Shown one piece after another: positions 25,506-41,050 of a stretch of DNA of 64,000 nucleotides; the stretch's first letter is position 1, and each line of letters opens with the position of its first letter. The notes under the pieces are model-generated. The model had not been told where the DNA came from, did not search any database, and saw only the letters and a program-made list of their open reading frames with translations. The DNA is from Octopus vulgaris. Its lineage: Eukaryota. The DNA lies in NCBI GenBank assembly GCA_951406725.2, contig OX597840.1, positions 16,802,001 through 16,866,000 on the forward strand, written 5' to 3'. Position numbers and translations under genes: made by a program.

Positions 25506-26665
25506 GAGTGAGAGAGTAGAGCATGCCATCAAAGTGACACTGGAGTAAAATATGCGAAGCCCAATATATCCATCATGAGTACATCAAGCACATGCATCAC
25601 AATCATATGTGCGCCGCATGGTGATCTCATAACAAGATAAACAGCGTATGACCTCGCAGGTGGGGCCAGTTAGAATTTTCTTCAAATCGAGTAGCCCATC
25701 CTGCTCAAAAGGTCATTTAATAAGAGTTGTTTAAGCATGTTGAATGAAACAACCATGTTTCCAGAGGTGACTTATCCAAACCCTAAAGAACTCCACTCAA
25801 TACATGGCTATGATGCTACCCAACTACTTCTGCTCTATTTCAACATCTTTATACTTGCTCAGTTTTTGGTAGGTCTTGACAGATACATTTATGTCGATTA
25901 GGACAATCATATCGATAAAGAGGCATGATTTTTGCCTGAAGTCCTTCAATATAATGTCTGGCCCATTCGCATCTGTCTTTCTGTCAATTTGAACGGTGAA
26001 GATCCAGAGGAGTGAGATGTGGTCATTTTCAAGCACTGGAGGTGGTTTGTGTTCCCATCAGTTTTTATCATGGTGCAGGTCCAAGTTTTTGCAAATTACC
26101 CAGTGAATATACTGTGCCGCTCTATCATGCCTGTTGAGATACTCTGTAGGCGCAAGAAGATTGCACATGGAGACAACATGATCGATGGTTTCATTTTGTT
26201 GTTTACATGCACGACATGTTGGTCTACTGCCGTTCTTTAATATGTTGGCCTGGTAGTTTCTTTAGGTAGGCATTGATCTTGGGCTGCTATGATAAACCCT
26301 TCCGTTTCTGATTTTATGCCAGAAGCCACTAACCCTTGATTGGTAAGGGCTTTGTCAACATCGGCACTAGTAGCTCCCTTTGGGCATTTGCCATTGAGAG
26401 GTTTTTCTTGCCATTATCTAAGACAGCAGTTTTAACATTTCTATGTTAGATTTTGAGTGGTGCATCCTAAATTCTGTCATTTTTTCTTGTTTTCCTGTCT
26501 AGTTTGGTTAGTTCATTTAGAGACCAGTTAAGGATATAGTAACTGTAACTTATAACTGGTACAGCTAATGTGTTGATACCTATTGTTCCGTTTTTCGCAT
26601 TGAGCTCTGTTCTAAGTGCTAATCTAACTTGTCTATAGTATTCCTTACTTGTCTTCTCTTTCATT
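25506..26665 (-). mobile_element. Internally deleted R4/Dong-like LINE 3' part
   Basis: EYYRQVRLALRTELNAKN..INTLAVP, SETEGFIIAAQDQ, CRACKQQNETIDH, GPDIILKD..LFIDM..KLSKYKDVEIE, then the 3' part of the 540-bp sequence ending in (AAC/AAT)n. Confidence 0.88.
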
Positions 26666-26693
26666 TGTTGTTGTTGTTATTATTATTATTATT

Positions 26694-27167
26694 GAGTGAG
26701 AGAGCAGTTCATGCCATCAAAGTGACACTGGGGTAAAATATACGAAGCCCAATATACCCATCATGACTACCCGTCTGATAAAGGTACACCAGGCACATGC
26801 ATCACAACCATATGTGCGCGACATGGTGATCTCATATCAAGATAAACAGCACATGACCTTGCAGGTGGGGCCCAGTTAGAATTTTCTTCAGGTTGAGTAG
26901 CCCATCCCGCTCAAAGGGGGAATAAAGGTTGTTTAAGGATGTTGAAAGAACCACCCATGTTTCCAGAGGTGAACTATTCAAACCCCAAAGAATCCCTCTC
27001 AACACATGGCTATGATGCTCCCCCACTACTTCTGCTCGTGATCAGAGATGCACATATCGTCAGCCACTAAGGGACATGCTCAATTGGTTAAGGTCAAACA
27101 ACTGACAAACAAATCTGTGGTATTGAGCAGAATATTTGCTGTAGCCCATCTTTTATACCAAGACAAA

Positions 27168-27168
<1 letters not shown>
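26694..27168 (-). mobile_element. 540-bp R4-associated element, 5'-truncated, between (AAT)n tracts
   Basis: Reverse complement of ~56647-57127. Confidence 0.85.
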
Positions 27169-27232
<64 letters not shown>

Positions 27233-27238
27233 GTTAAG

Positions 27239-27763
<525 letters not shown>

Positions 27764-28442
27764 GTGTTGTCATTACGACAACACTACGATAGGACTGGAT
27801 TGGCAGAATCGGTAGAGCGCCGACATCAAAGCACTGCCTTTGATTGAAGTAACGAAACCAAATATATTCTTGAAATTTGATACCTCTTCAATTAATCTGC
27901 CATAGTGTTTTTGGATCTATTCCCATTTCCATATTCTACATAGAATTACTGGACGCTTAATAACCAACCGTCACATCAATCAAACTTGGCTTCACAGAAT
28001 AAAATTTAAAAATGTATAACGAAAATCAAAAAGAATATGTTTGCTTTTTTTTAAAACTGCTATCGCCAAAAATCACATCTCTAGAATTTTCTGAAAATAA
28101 AGAAAGAAAAATTAAAAATCAAGTTATTTGAAGGGAAAAAATTTATTCTAAATGTGGTTGTATTACCAATACAGCCTTTATATTCTTTCCTTGTTTATTT
28201 GTTTTCGGTTAGTTGTCATTCATTATCATCATCATCCTGCTCATCATCAATTCTATTGTCATCATTGCATCATCGTCATCGTTGTCATCACCGTCATCAT
28301 CATCATCATCATCATCATTACCATCATCGTCATCATGACCGTTGTCGTCGTCGTCGTCATCATCATCATCATCATCGCCAACAACAACACCAACGCGACC
28401 ATCATCATAATTATCACTACTACTGCTAATACCTTTGTGTTG

Positions 28443-28871
28443 AGGCGACGAAGTGGCAGAAACGTTAGCACGCCGGACGAAATGCTCAGCGGTATTTCGT
28501 CTGTCTTTACGTTGTGAGTTCAAATTCCGCCGAGGTCGACTTTGTCTTTCATCCTTTCGGGTCGATAAATTAAGTACCAGTTACATACTGGGATCGATCT
28601 AATCGACTGGCCCCCTTCCCCAGAATTTTGGGCCTTGTGCCTAGAGTAGAAAAGAAAGAATAGAATAATCGTTTCTACACAAGGCACAAAAGCCTGAAAT
28701 TTTGGGGGAGGGGGCCCAGTCGATTAGATCGACCCCAGTATGCAACTGATACTGAATTAATCGACCCCGAAAGGATGAAAACCAAAGTTGACTGCAGCGG
28801 AATTTGAACTCGCAACGGAAAGACAGACGAAATGCCGCTAAGCATTTCGCCCGGCTCGCTAACGCTTCTGC
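28443..28871. mobile_element. Tail-to-tail inverted pair of SINE family B
   Basis: 28443-28655(+) and 28668-28871(-). Confidence 0.88.
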
Positions 28872-28998
28872 TTTATGGAAGCGCCTATTAATGCTTATGT
28901 TGTTAATGATCGCTTAGCTTAATGGTACAGAGCGCGTCATTTGAGTTTCAGGCGTACCGGTTTCGATTTTCTGTAGCGGCTTCCATATCCACTATTAA

Positions 28999-29700
28999 AG
29001 GCGGCGAGCTCGCAGAATCGTTTGCGCGCCGGGTAAAATGCTTAGCGGCATTTCGTCCGTCTTTACATTCTGAGTTCAAACGCAGTCAAGATCGACTTTG
29101 CCTTTCATCGTTTCAGGGTTGATAAAATATGTAAGTTGTAATCGACTTACCCTCTCACCCGAACTTGCTGGCCTTGTGCCAAAATTTGAAACCGGTATTC
29201 ATAGTAATATTGCTGATCGCCCGTCACCGCCAAATAGCATTCACACAATCAATGATATCTGTTACTAGCTGAGCTGCCAGGACCCAAAATGTTGGCGATG
29301 TTACAAAAGGTAAAATCCAAAAAGAAAAACAGCAAAGACTGGGTGGAAGTAGGGATTACATCAAGTAAAAAACACAAAAAAAAATGGTATCAGCCGACCA
29401 ATAATGACCTCGGCGGAACTCGAACTCAAGTTACTAAGCAGCTTGCCGGACTCGCTAACGTTTCTGCCAGCTTGCCGGCTTTGGTAATTCTTTCTAATGA
29501 TGGCGTCATGCCGGTAATTTTGAAAGAAAGGAAAGTCGATTACATCGACCCCAGTGCTCGACTGGTACTTATTTAATCGATCCCGAAAGGATGAAACGCG
29601 GAATTTGATCGCGGAATTTGAACTCAAAATGCAAAAAGCGTGAAAAAATACCGCAAAGTATTTTGTCCGAGGGGGTGCTAACTGTCCTACCAACTTGCCG
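28999..29700. mobile_element. Further SINE B copies (29000-29190 +; 29400-29475 -; 29520-29700 -)
   Basis: Similarity to 27239-27452. Confidence 0.75.
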
Positions 29701-30518
29701 CTTTCAGACACATTATTAGTAATAAACAACAAAACATGAATAAAAAGGACCCTCCAAAATGGTGGTGTGGGGAGAGTTTAGCAACGACGAAGAGTAATTC
29801 GAGGATCCCCACATACAACCCCCAGTTTACTCTGATACAGCAAAGGAAAGTGCTTTTTCTTAAGTTATAGTAAGCTTTGTGAAAAGCTTAGCCGTCAATT
29901 GCGATCTAAAAGCTTGTACCATGATTTCGCTAATAGTTGTAGGTGACAGTGTAGTCGCGAGCAGACGAAAATACTTTCTTGGCTTTTCCATTTTTGAACT
30001 TGTAAATGTGATAATTGGAAGAAGAGAGGGCAGCACCAGGAGCTAGGATGGCGCTCATTTACAGTCGAATAAATTGGAGCAAAGTGAAAGAAGGCACCTT
30101 GCTGAATGACACAAAGCAAAACCCAGTCTAGAAATCGTCATTTTTCGCTCATTTTATACAGGTTCGGTTACTGAGGACTCCAGCATGGTCAGGCCTGTTG
30201 TTGTGCGTTTGTCCACAACAGGCAAAAACAGCATCTGAAGCGCTGCCAAATCAAGGACTTTTGGAAATTGTCCATAACTCTCGAGCTAAAAGTCTTCCAG
30301 AAGCGATTAGGGTAAGGATTGCCCGTGTCGCGCCCACAATCGTTTTTCATTTTTTCAGACCAGCCTCCACTCACCCTCGACAGAGTGCAAGTGAGAGACG
30401 GAGGAGGATAGGCTCCCCCCACCTCCGACTACATTGTTTGGCTTTTGTTGTAGAGTGCAGTTAACGCTTGGCAACATTTCAGATGCCAAACGCCTAGACT
30501 CGGTCTGCGCTTGACCCA

Positions 30519-30580
<62 letters not shown>

Positions 30581-31675
30581 TGATAGTCTGATCTCGGCCC
30601 TCATGATTTATTACCTTTTCTTTATACGTGTACATACAGATATATATTTAAATGGCCGTTTGTAATGTTCTTTTTTCTGTTCATGACTTCTTTTTTTTTT
30701 TGGTTTTTCTCTTTATTCGATTTTGTTTTTGCTTTTGTCTTCGTTTGATTTTGTTTTCTTTTCTGGTCAATAAAAGTTATTTCTAGAATTTTCTGAAATC
30801 TTTCGATTGAAATGAAAATTATTGGAAAAGAAAGCGAAACAAAACAAAACAAAAAAAGCAGCGTAAATAAATACAGAAAAGCAATCAAAACCACCAATAT
30901 TGACAAGTGATAATAATAGATTTGTTTATTTGTTTGCTGTTGTTGTTTAATAACAGGTCAGTCACTCATTAAAACACACCTCTGGTCAAAAACATTCCAA
31001 CCGTGACCACGTCACTATATTATTTTCAGACACAGTGTATCCGACAGTTTATTTTTTTTGTAAGACGAGCTGGTGTGATATGATAGGAATTACGCTGCTA
31101 TTTCTAGCATTTCGAGAAACCATATATAAGGTACTAGTAGAGTATCGCTGTTTATAATCAAAATCGTGGAATCCAATAACAGTTCTAAAACATAAACCAA
31201 ACTTGCTTAGATACATCCCTTCCGGAACTAAACACCCCTACTCTACCCCAGATTAATTGAAATTTAATTTGGTCTTTAATAAATATAGGCACAAGCATAG
31301 CTGCGTGGTCAACAAATTCTTTTCCAAAACACGTGGTTTTGGTTTCCAATCCTACTGCGTGCTATCTTAGTCAAGTCTTTTTTTTTTTACTTTAGCCTGG
31401 GATCGATCAATGCCGTGCGACTGAATTTGCCAGACGTAAACTGTATGGAAGCCGTCCTCTCTTTCTCTACGCGGAGTAGATGAAACAAGGACAACTGAAG
31501 AAGGGGAACAGTCTTTATGTTGCATGTCTCGTTTCTCTGTTTCGTTTTTTCGTTGTTCGAAAAAAAAGTTCGTTTCTGCTTTTTTGTTGTTTTGTACCCA
31601 CACATATATATATATACATATATATGTGGGTATGTATATATATGTATATATATATGCATATATTTGTATATTATT

Positions 31676-31711
<36 letters not shown>

Positions 31712-31784
31712 TTATATAATATATAAATATATATATATATATATATACATATATATGCATATATATATATATGTATATGTATGT

Positions 31785-31835
31785 ATATTCAAACGTGTCC
31801 CGTAATCAAAATTAAAGGATATATATATATGTATG

Positions 31836-31900
<65 letters not shown>

Positions 31901-31901
31901 T

Positions 31902-31939
<38 letters not shown>

Positions 31940-31965
31940 TATGCATATATATATATATGTATATG

Positions 31966-32038
<73 letters not shown>

Positions 32039-32088
32039 ATACATATATATATATCCTTTAATTTTGATTACGGGACACGTTTGAATAT
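31785..32088. repeat. Inverted repeat enclosing a (TA)-rich microsatellite
   Basis: ATATTCAAACGTGTCCCGTAATCAAAATTAAAGG at 31785, with its exact reverse complement ending at 32088. Confidence 0.9.
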
Positions 32089-32357
32089 GCAAATAAAGCT
32101 CACATTCTATTATGACAGCTACAGTGTAACGATGGCAACGGGTTATACCAGCATTGGTGGGGTTGCACCGAGCTGCACCGATATAGTGTAGGATAAATAT
32201 AGTAATAACATGATCTAACCAATGTCCATGGACACTACGGACTGCGTTGTAATCATCACAGGAATACGGACTATGATCTTAAAAAACATGGAATCTGTGG
32301 AAACGCGCGTAGCGATGCATTAAAATGTTTATAAATTCTACCTAAGGATTATTATTG

Positions 32358-32410
<53 letters not shown>

Positions 32411-33042
32411 CAGAGAGAGAGAGAGATGGATAGCTAGATATACATATATACATAAATGCATACTTATATACATACATACATATATGTGTGTCTGGTCACT
32501 TCTGGACATTTCAGCCATGTAACCACACACACGCGCCTTTCTTGGATTTTTCTTCTCTCCAGACCTTTCCTCTCTCTGACGAAGAGCAACATCTTTCTCA
32601 CACAGCCATGCTTACAAACATATCTACATTTCTTGAAATCATCTCCTCACCTTTTCTCAAGAGTTGCTAAAAATTGCGACTCAGCATTTATTCCCTTTCC
32701 CCAACACGCAAATTTCGGTCGTGTCTATTTTACATCAATCAGGCATCATCATCTGTCCGAATTTCAAATCTTATTCTGCCTAAACTACAAAACAGATCAT
32801 TCAAAATACAAAACACACTCTGCATCGACATACAATTATCTACAGCACCTTGCTCTCCCCACACTCGCCAAATAAACTCACATATATATTCGCTTCATTC
32901 TTTTGATTATTGTGATTTTCGTTGCTTGCTTTTTACTTATTGCATTATATTTAGTTGATTTTTTTTCTTATTATTTATCCCTGTCCGACTTCAATGTTCT
33001 TCTTTTCTGTACTCATGTGTGTATATGTATGTATATATGCAC

Positions 33043-33117
<75 letters not shown>

Positions 33118-34085
33118 CATACATAGTGTATATGTAAATGTATTCATGCGTTTATGTATATGATAATATATAATACATATATTCATATCTACACATACGT
33201 ATACACACACACACACACACACATACAGAAGATACACAAGATACACATACGCACACGTATAAGCAATATACACATATCCATGTACAAAATTGCTTCAAGC
33301 TATTTTTTAATGGCTGCCTTATCGCCACCACCGCAACCACCAGCGTCACCGCCACTGCCATCGCAACTGCTTGCACCACCACCACCACCACCACCACCGC
33401 CGCCAGCTAATATCCCCCCTCCTCTGTAACCTTTTTATTTAAGCTAATCAACCTAATCTTCATCATACCTTTTGGATTTGAACATAATTTTTTTCTTTAC
33501 TCATTTCATTTCAACTGATGCTTGCGTCGTCATCGTCATAGTCGCCATATTTGTTGTTATTATGATTATGATTGTTGTTGTTGTTGTTGTTATTATTATT
33601 ATTATTATTATAATCATCATCATCTTCAGATTCAATGTCGTCGTCATCACCATCATCATCGTCGTCGTCGTCATCGTTTACATTAAAAACATCATGACTC
33701 TTTGCAGTTATTCTATTTAACCCTGCATCTTCTCGCTTGCTTTTGATGATATAATCACTAATATTTATGGACGTAAAATGCAAGATTTAGTAAAAGAAAA
33801 CAAAAAAGAACTCACCTTCTCTGTTGTTTATTCCTCTTCTCTTTCTCCTTTTCTCTAATTGTACAACCCAAGCTGTCTTTCTTCTTTTCCACCATCACTA
33901 TTTCTTTATTTGCTGACTTTTATTTTTACCTACTTTTCTTACAGTAAAAAAAAGTTCAGACTATCAGTGAAATTACTTACCTATCGACCTATCTATTTTC
34001 TATTTATTTGTTTGAGTCTTTTATTTATCTTTTCTAACTACCTACAGTCTAGATAGATAGATGTGTGTGTGTGTATGCGTATTGC

Positions 34086-34157
<72 letters not shown>

Positions 34158-34172
34158 CACATGAAGACGAAT

Positions 34173-34212
<40 letters not shown>

Positions 34213-34929
34213 TATATATATATATGCACACACACATATATACATGTAATACGTATGTATGTTTGTGTGCGTGCTATACCAATTTCTTTGTGTTTTTGTC
34301 GTTTTGCTCTTCTCTCCTATTCTCTTTAAGCATACATTCAAACACACACACACACACACATATATATATGTGTATATATATATATATATACATACATGCA
34401 CACACACAAACGTGCATACGCACACACACACACACACACACATATATTATTCAATGTATAAAGCATATAGTTGTGAGCTACCAATAGTTTCATACATTGA
34501 AAATTTTATGTAGGTAGGTTTTAAATCACACCTAATGACTACAAGTAATCTTCGGGCTCTGAGTACATGCCTAAACATTTTACAAATCAGGACAATAGCA
34601 GAAGGGAAATCAGAAGGTGGGTTCAAAAGCAGAAGGGCAAAAAAAGAAGGTGGGTTCAAAAATTAGAATGGTGAAGAAAGGGGAAAAAAATAAAGAATTA
34701 AAGTTATGTACCCTTTGACCTTCGAATCAGCAGAAGGGGTCTAACGTCTGCGATACAGCTGCTCAGTTCGGAGTGGGTGGTATTTCCCAATTCGCCAAAA
34801 GAAACTTGTCTGTATGTTCACATTTTCTGAAAATTTCTGATCTGGAATTCAGTGGAATACTTAAATTTAAAACGGATATGCGCTCTCTCAGCTACACATA
34901 ACTTTTTTTTATCCATTGATAAATGACAT

Positions 34930-35140
34930 GGATTTTTCTACGATTTTCCACTTGTGATGTGAAGTTAGTCTTCATACCTCATACGACTTAGTGACTTTAC
35001 TTTTGTCTATGTGCCAGAAAAAAGATATGTTGTTAGCATAACGTCTTTTGAAGTCGCCTTTCCATATCCTGATATGATTCTTCTTTTCGGCTGGGTTATC
35101 ATATAGCGCTGTTCTAACTTCTGCCTCTTATACACTGAGA
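34930..35140 (-). pseudogene. PLE GIY-YIG endonuclease remnant, inverted relative to the adjacent RT
   Basis: Minus strand: AEVRT, IRIWKGDFKRRYANNISF (cf. YIG.T...FK.RY.NH..SF), KWKIVEKS. Confidence 0.55.
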
Positions 35141-35149
35141 TCCACTTCC

Positions 35150-35730
35150 CATCCCACGATGTTGGTCTATACCAAGACGATGGATTAGGAATTTCCCATG
35201 ACTGTGATGGTCACACACTTGATAAATTTACGAAAAAAAACTCATCGCTACCTTTAATCAAGTAGGTCTTAAAATTACTGTCACTATTAATCTGTCGAAT
35301 TTTTAGATGTTTCCCTAGATCTACACTTTCACTCATATAAACCTTACCGTAAGCCCAACTAGAAACTTTCCTACACAAACAGTCCGTCCATCCCCCCACC
35401 GTAGTGTTTAAAAACCTGATAGCTAATATTAGCATTAGGATATCCAACCTCTCTTCTTCTAAAGAAATTTTTGATAAAGCAGTCTCCTACTATGATAACA
35501 CCCTACCTAACTGTGACTTCAAAGGTAAGTTATATTACGACCCTTTGTAATAATACGAATAATAAAAATAGACCTAAAAATAGACCCAGGAAAATATTAT
35601 GGTCCGCCCCCTTCTCCCTAATTGCTAAAATTAACGCAGGTAAAATATTTCTGTCTTTTAGATAAGCATTCCCCAGGAAATCACAAATATTGAAAGATGT
35701 TTAACAGACACTGAATTAAATTATCATGCA
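35150..35730 (+). pseudogene. Penelope-like reverse transcriptase C-terminal pseudogene
   Basis: VGLYQDDGLG (cf. GLYRDDGL), FNQVGLKIT, LDVSLDL, YKPYRKPN, ISIRISNLSSSKEIFDKA, RKILWSAPFS..NAGKIFL..LDKH..NHKY*KMFNR..IKLSC. Confidence 0.85.
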
Positions 35731-37639
35731 CTTCGCACATACACACACATATATATATGTGTGTGTGTTTGTAAGAAAGAAAGAAAGGGGTGGGAGATGG
35801 GAAAGAAAAGAGAAGCTGGGGGTAGTTAGAATGATGAACGTCACAAGTAGGTAAATAGACAGGTAAATTCAATTGTTTGGTCGACTGAATTATTTCCCCT
35901 GAATTTACGCACAAGTAGCTGAGTATTCCACTGACACATGTAGCCCTAACATAATTCTCAAGCAGAATCAAAGCGACATTGTGTGACAAAGCCGTATATT
36001 TTCAATTACAAGTACAATTCACCTTCATGATAATCCTATCAGAAGCAACCGTCAGCAAATGATCCGGTTGGAACCCTAAATGGGACCAACCGACACTATG
36101 GATGTAATCGAAGCATCTCGCTTGTGGTTTACCCCCTGGGTCTCTTGCCGGCTGACTTTGCCTTTAAAATCTATACTACGACTCCTTCCTCAGACGTTCT
36201 TACCACATACCTGCAGCTCTCATTGTAAATGGTTGGCACTCCTGTCATACACAACAGATAAAGGTTCAGCAAGTTCTGCAAAATGAGGGTGAACAACCAA
36301 ACAGATGATTTGTTTATAGTGACCAAATGTTTGTGTTGTACATTAGCTCACGTCCTTCATCAAATCGATGTTGCCTATACAAGTTCACAGTTTGCCACAC
36401 GCCAAATTTCTAAGCGCTCACAGAGCAACGTGAATTTAAGTCCAAGAACAAATTGGTTCAAAGAAGTGCCAGGAAGAATAAACCATTTTTATTGAGATGG
36501 CACATTGGCGAAGCTAGAGTGTGTGCTACCCAGGACAGCTGGCCTTTGAGTTTACCGCTTCTCCCCACCTCCACGGGTCTCCAAGACTGTTCAAGCTTAT
36601 ATATCAGACCAAAAGTGTTACCCTATAAAAGGGCACCCGGGACGGACTGCCTTCCCCCCTGCATCCTCGCCAACATCGCTCACCTCTTCAAATCCCCTCC
36701 CCCCATTGCTTCATCGCCACTCCCACCCTCCTCGCCTTCCTGCCACCACTACGCTACGGAGATGAAATGTGATGGTGAATGTTCTGCAACCCAATGGTAG
36801 ATGCTTCTGGTGATGTAGCACCAAACATACAAAAACCGACGGAATAGGCATGGCTGGGAAGTCTTTGATCATAGGATTGCTTTATCAGAGCTCACATAGG
36901 GCTAAACAACTACATGAAGGTATGAATGAAACGTTATGCAGTCTCTCGACATGTATGAAATAGCAGCTAAATCCTCGTCATACGAGCACCTGCAGACTTA
37001 GAGAAAATAATTCGTAGTTGCAGTGTTTGAAAACAGAATAGGGTGATCACGGTTGGAACGCCTTTTATTATGCTACGGCTCAGGTAGAGGCGTTGCTCCA
37101 CATGGTCGCAGTCAAATGACTATACTCAGTAAGAGTATGAAACAAAAATATAGGCAGAACTTGAGCTAATCGGTAACAGCAACAACTGCAACAACAACAG
37201 GAATGTGACGTGATAGTCACGGATGAAACGTCTTTGATTTCAGATAATCTCCTGTAACGCAGTAACAATTACGATAATGATATCGCTAACACCACAGTTG
37301 CCCCGACCATCACTATCATCACCACCACCACCAACAACAACAACAGCAACAAAAACAACAGCAACAACAACGACAACAACAACAACAACAACAACAACAG
37401 CAACAACACAGCTACAACTCCAGCCAACACCATCACCACCAACACCACATCCACTACTTCTACAACGGCAGCAGCAATAGCAGCAGCACCACCACCAACA
37501 ACAACAACAAGAACAACAATAACAACAATACCAAACATATCTTATTATTTCAGTATTCAAGTATCATTATTTGTTTTTCTCTGATTTATAACCTCCACCT
37601 CTCTTTCCCTCTCTTTCTCCCCCTTCTCCCCCTTCTCTC

Positions 37640-37683
<44 letters not shown>

Positions 37684-37729
37684 CATATATATATATATGT
37701 ATATATATATGTATATATATATGAATATA

Positions 37730-37819
<90 letters not shown>

Positions 37820-38369
37820 TACATATTCATATGCATATACATACATACATACACACATATAGATGTACATATATATATATATATATATGCATATACATCT
37901 ACATATATATATATATATACACACAGGTGCAACTGCTGTGTGCAAGTTATGTATGTATATATGTATGTATGTATGTATGTGTGTATATGTATGTGCAATT
38001 ATACATATGTGCATACATATGTATACACTGACATATAGACGTACATCTTTATATTTCTAAAAATACATGGCCTCAGACATGAAGGGCTAAAACAATCACC
38101 ATACACACACACACACACACACATATATGGATGTATACATACGTACATACATACACACACACACACTGCCCTGTCTGCATTCGTGTGAGGGGTAGGGTGA
38201 GGCCTCATTTTTCTCTTCGTCCTAATTTTTATTTTCGTCTCAATTATTTCTTGAGAGAAATGCGAGAGTGAAAGCGAGGCGGAACGGTGTCATGGTGACG
38301 ATGCTGGCGTTAGTGGTGTCAGTGATGGTGGTGGTGGTGGCGAAAGCGACGGCGGCGACGGTGTCGGCA

Positions 38370-38412
<43 letters not shown>

Positions 38413-39371
38413 CGACGGTAATTATAGTTGTTGGCAGAATTGAAGGTAGCGATGATTGGAAGCTGCTAGATTTAGTGGTAATATGTTGTTGTTGTTGTTG
38501 TTAATGTTGTTTTTGCTGTTGCTTCTGCTACTGCTGCTGTGTAGCCCCGGTCCAGCTCGGATTGAAGAAACATAGAATCATAAAGCATTCCGATTGTGAC
38601 CATCCAGTCTTCCTCTCTCCTAAAGCCATTCCGTCGATAGTCCCTGAGACTACCAATATGAAATATTTTTAGCGCTGAATTAGGAATGATTTAGTCTTCC
38701 CTTCTAGACTTTGTCCTCAATTTCTTGTCGTCCAGCCGAAGGTTAACAGTGCAACCAGCCGTCACTCACGAGCGATTGTGCCTTGGTGACTGTACCTGTG
38801 TTTTTGCATACGGTTTCAGGATACTTAGGTGCTCGCTAAACATCCACACATGACCTTCCCGCTCTCCTATTCTTGAACCAGCGAAACACCAAGCATGTGG
38901 AAGGGAACAGAGGACTCTCCCAACACTTGGTTGGCACACGTTTACGGTTGTGAAGACTGAAGCAATCCACGATAAGGTCCTGTCTTTGTTGCAGTGTGAT
39001 GGCTTGTAAGCCTCAATGGTCGCGAGTGCTTTGATAGCGGTGCGCAATTTCCTGGTTGTACCTTCCATGCTGAACAAATCAAATGATAATATGACCCATC
39101 TCACCCAGAGATAAAAATAGGTTTACGTAGGGCCAACGCCTTTATCAAGAAAAAAGAAGAGCAAAGCTACAGCAACATTGATGGCAATTTAAAACCGACA
39201 AGGCCTGGGAGAGGAAGGCCTTCCGCTAGGAAAGCATGATGCGGTGCAGCAAAATCTGAAAAGAAACCGACATCCTGCATTATTACATATGAGGCCCTGA
39301 CCTGGAATTCACGGACTGGGTAAGCACAGATGAAGCCAGGATACTGATGCAGAGCTGAAAAAATTGTGGCC

Positions 39372-39916
<545 letters not shown>

Positions 39917-40459
39917 TCTGGAAAGAAATAGAAAAGACAGCCCAGAGTCGAGGACAGCGGAGAAAAATCGTCGATGGTCTAAGCTTCATAGGGAGTAAAG
40001 AGCTGAAAGAAAACAAAACCGATGCAATGTAATATGAAGTGCTTTTGGTCAATGACACTAGTACCATCCAATTTAGGAATTGAAACCTACAACATTAAGG
40101 TCACAAACCAAACGCCTTCACCACTTGGCCATGCATTTTTACTGCTGCTGCTATTAACGTCCAAACATGTTACTTAACGTTTAGTCACATATTTGTATCT
40201 CAGTTGGGTTTGCCCTGGTTTCTCGAACCATCAGTCTCTAGTCAGGACTAGATTTGTTTTGACCATCCAGTGGCCTCATTCTTTACGCATGTCCACACCA
40301 ACGAGGCGTGTGGGTGGGAATTCACTAACAGCTCTTCCATGCAACCCGGTTTATCCTGAGCTCAGTGACTGTATTAGCAAACGTGTCCTTTTTTGGGGGA
40401 GTTTTCACGGCTACGATTATTTCAAGCTGGTCGAGCAATCACATATAACTTTCTTGTTG

Positions 40460-40942
40460 CGGTGCTGATGGTAACGGTGGTGGTGGTAGACTGGATAATG
40501 GTGGTGAAGAGGAGGGGGATAGAATCAGTGGTGGTGGTCGTGGTAGTAGTTTTGGTGGTGATGGCATTGTGGTAATCTAGATAGTAATGCTTTGGGCTGT
40601 GGAGGTAATGGTGGCGAAAAATGGCGTTGGAATTGCTACGGTGGTAGTGTTTGTAGTGGTGATGGTAGTGATGATGGTGGCATTGGTAGCGTAAGGAGTG
40701 ATGTATGGATTGGTGGTGTTGGTGGTGGTGCTGGTGCTGGTGATTGTGGCGAAAGGTGGTCTTGATAGCAGTGCTTCAGCTGTCGGTAGTGTTAGGGATG
40801 GTGGCGATGGTGATGCTGGTAGTTGTGGTGTTGGTGTTACCGCTGGTGGGGTTGGTTTAGTTTGCGGTGGCACTGAAGGAATCCCACAAAAACAGCAACA
40901 ACAATACCCCCCACCACCACCACCACCACCACCATCACCACC

Positions 40943-40974
<32 letters not shown>

Positions 40975-41050
40975 CACCATCACCACAACCACCACAACCA
41001 CCACCACCACCACCACCACCAACACCACAACTAGAACAGCAACAACAATA
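40460..41050. repeat. (GGT)-rich then (CAC/CAA)-rich trinucleotide mosaic
   Basis: Low-complexity sequence. Confidence 0.85.

Noticed and set aside
36622-36635. CCTATAAAAGGG TATA box or LTR-like signal
   Set aside because: No second LTR, PBS, PPT or downstream gene identifiable
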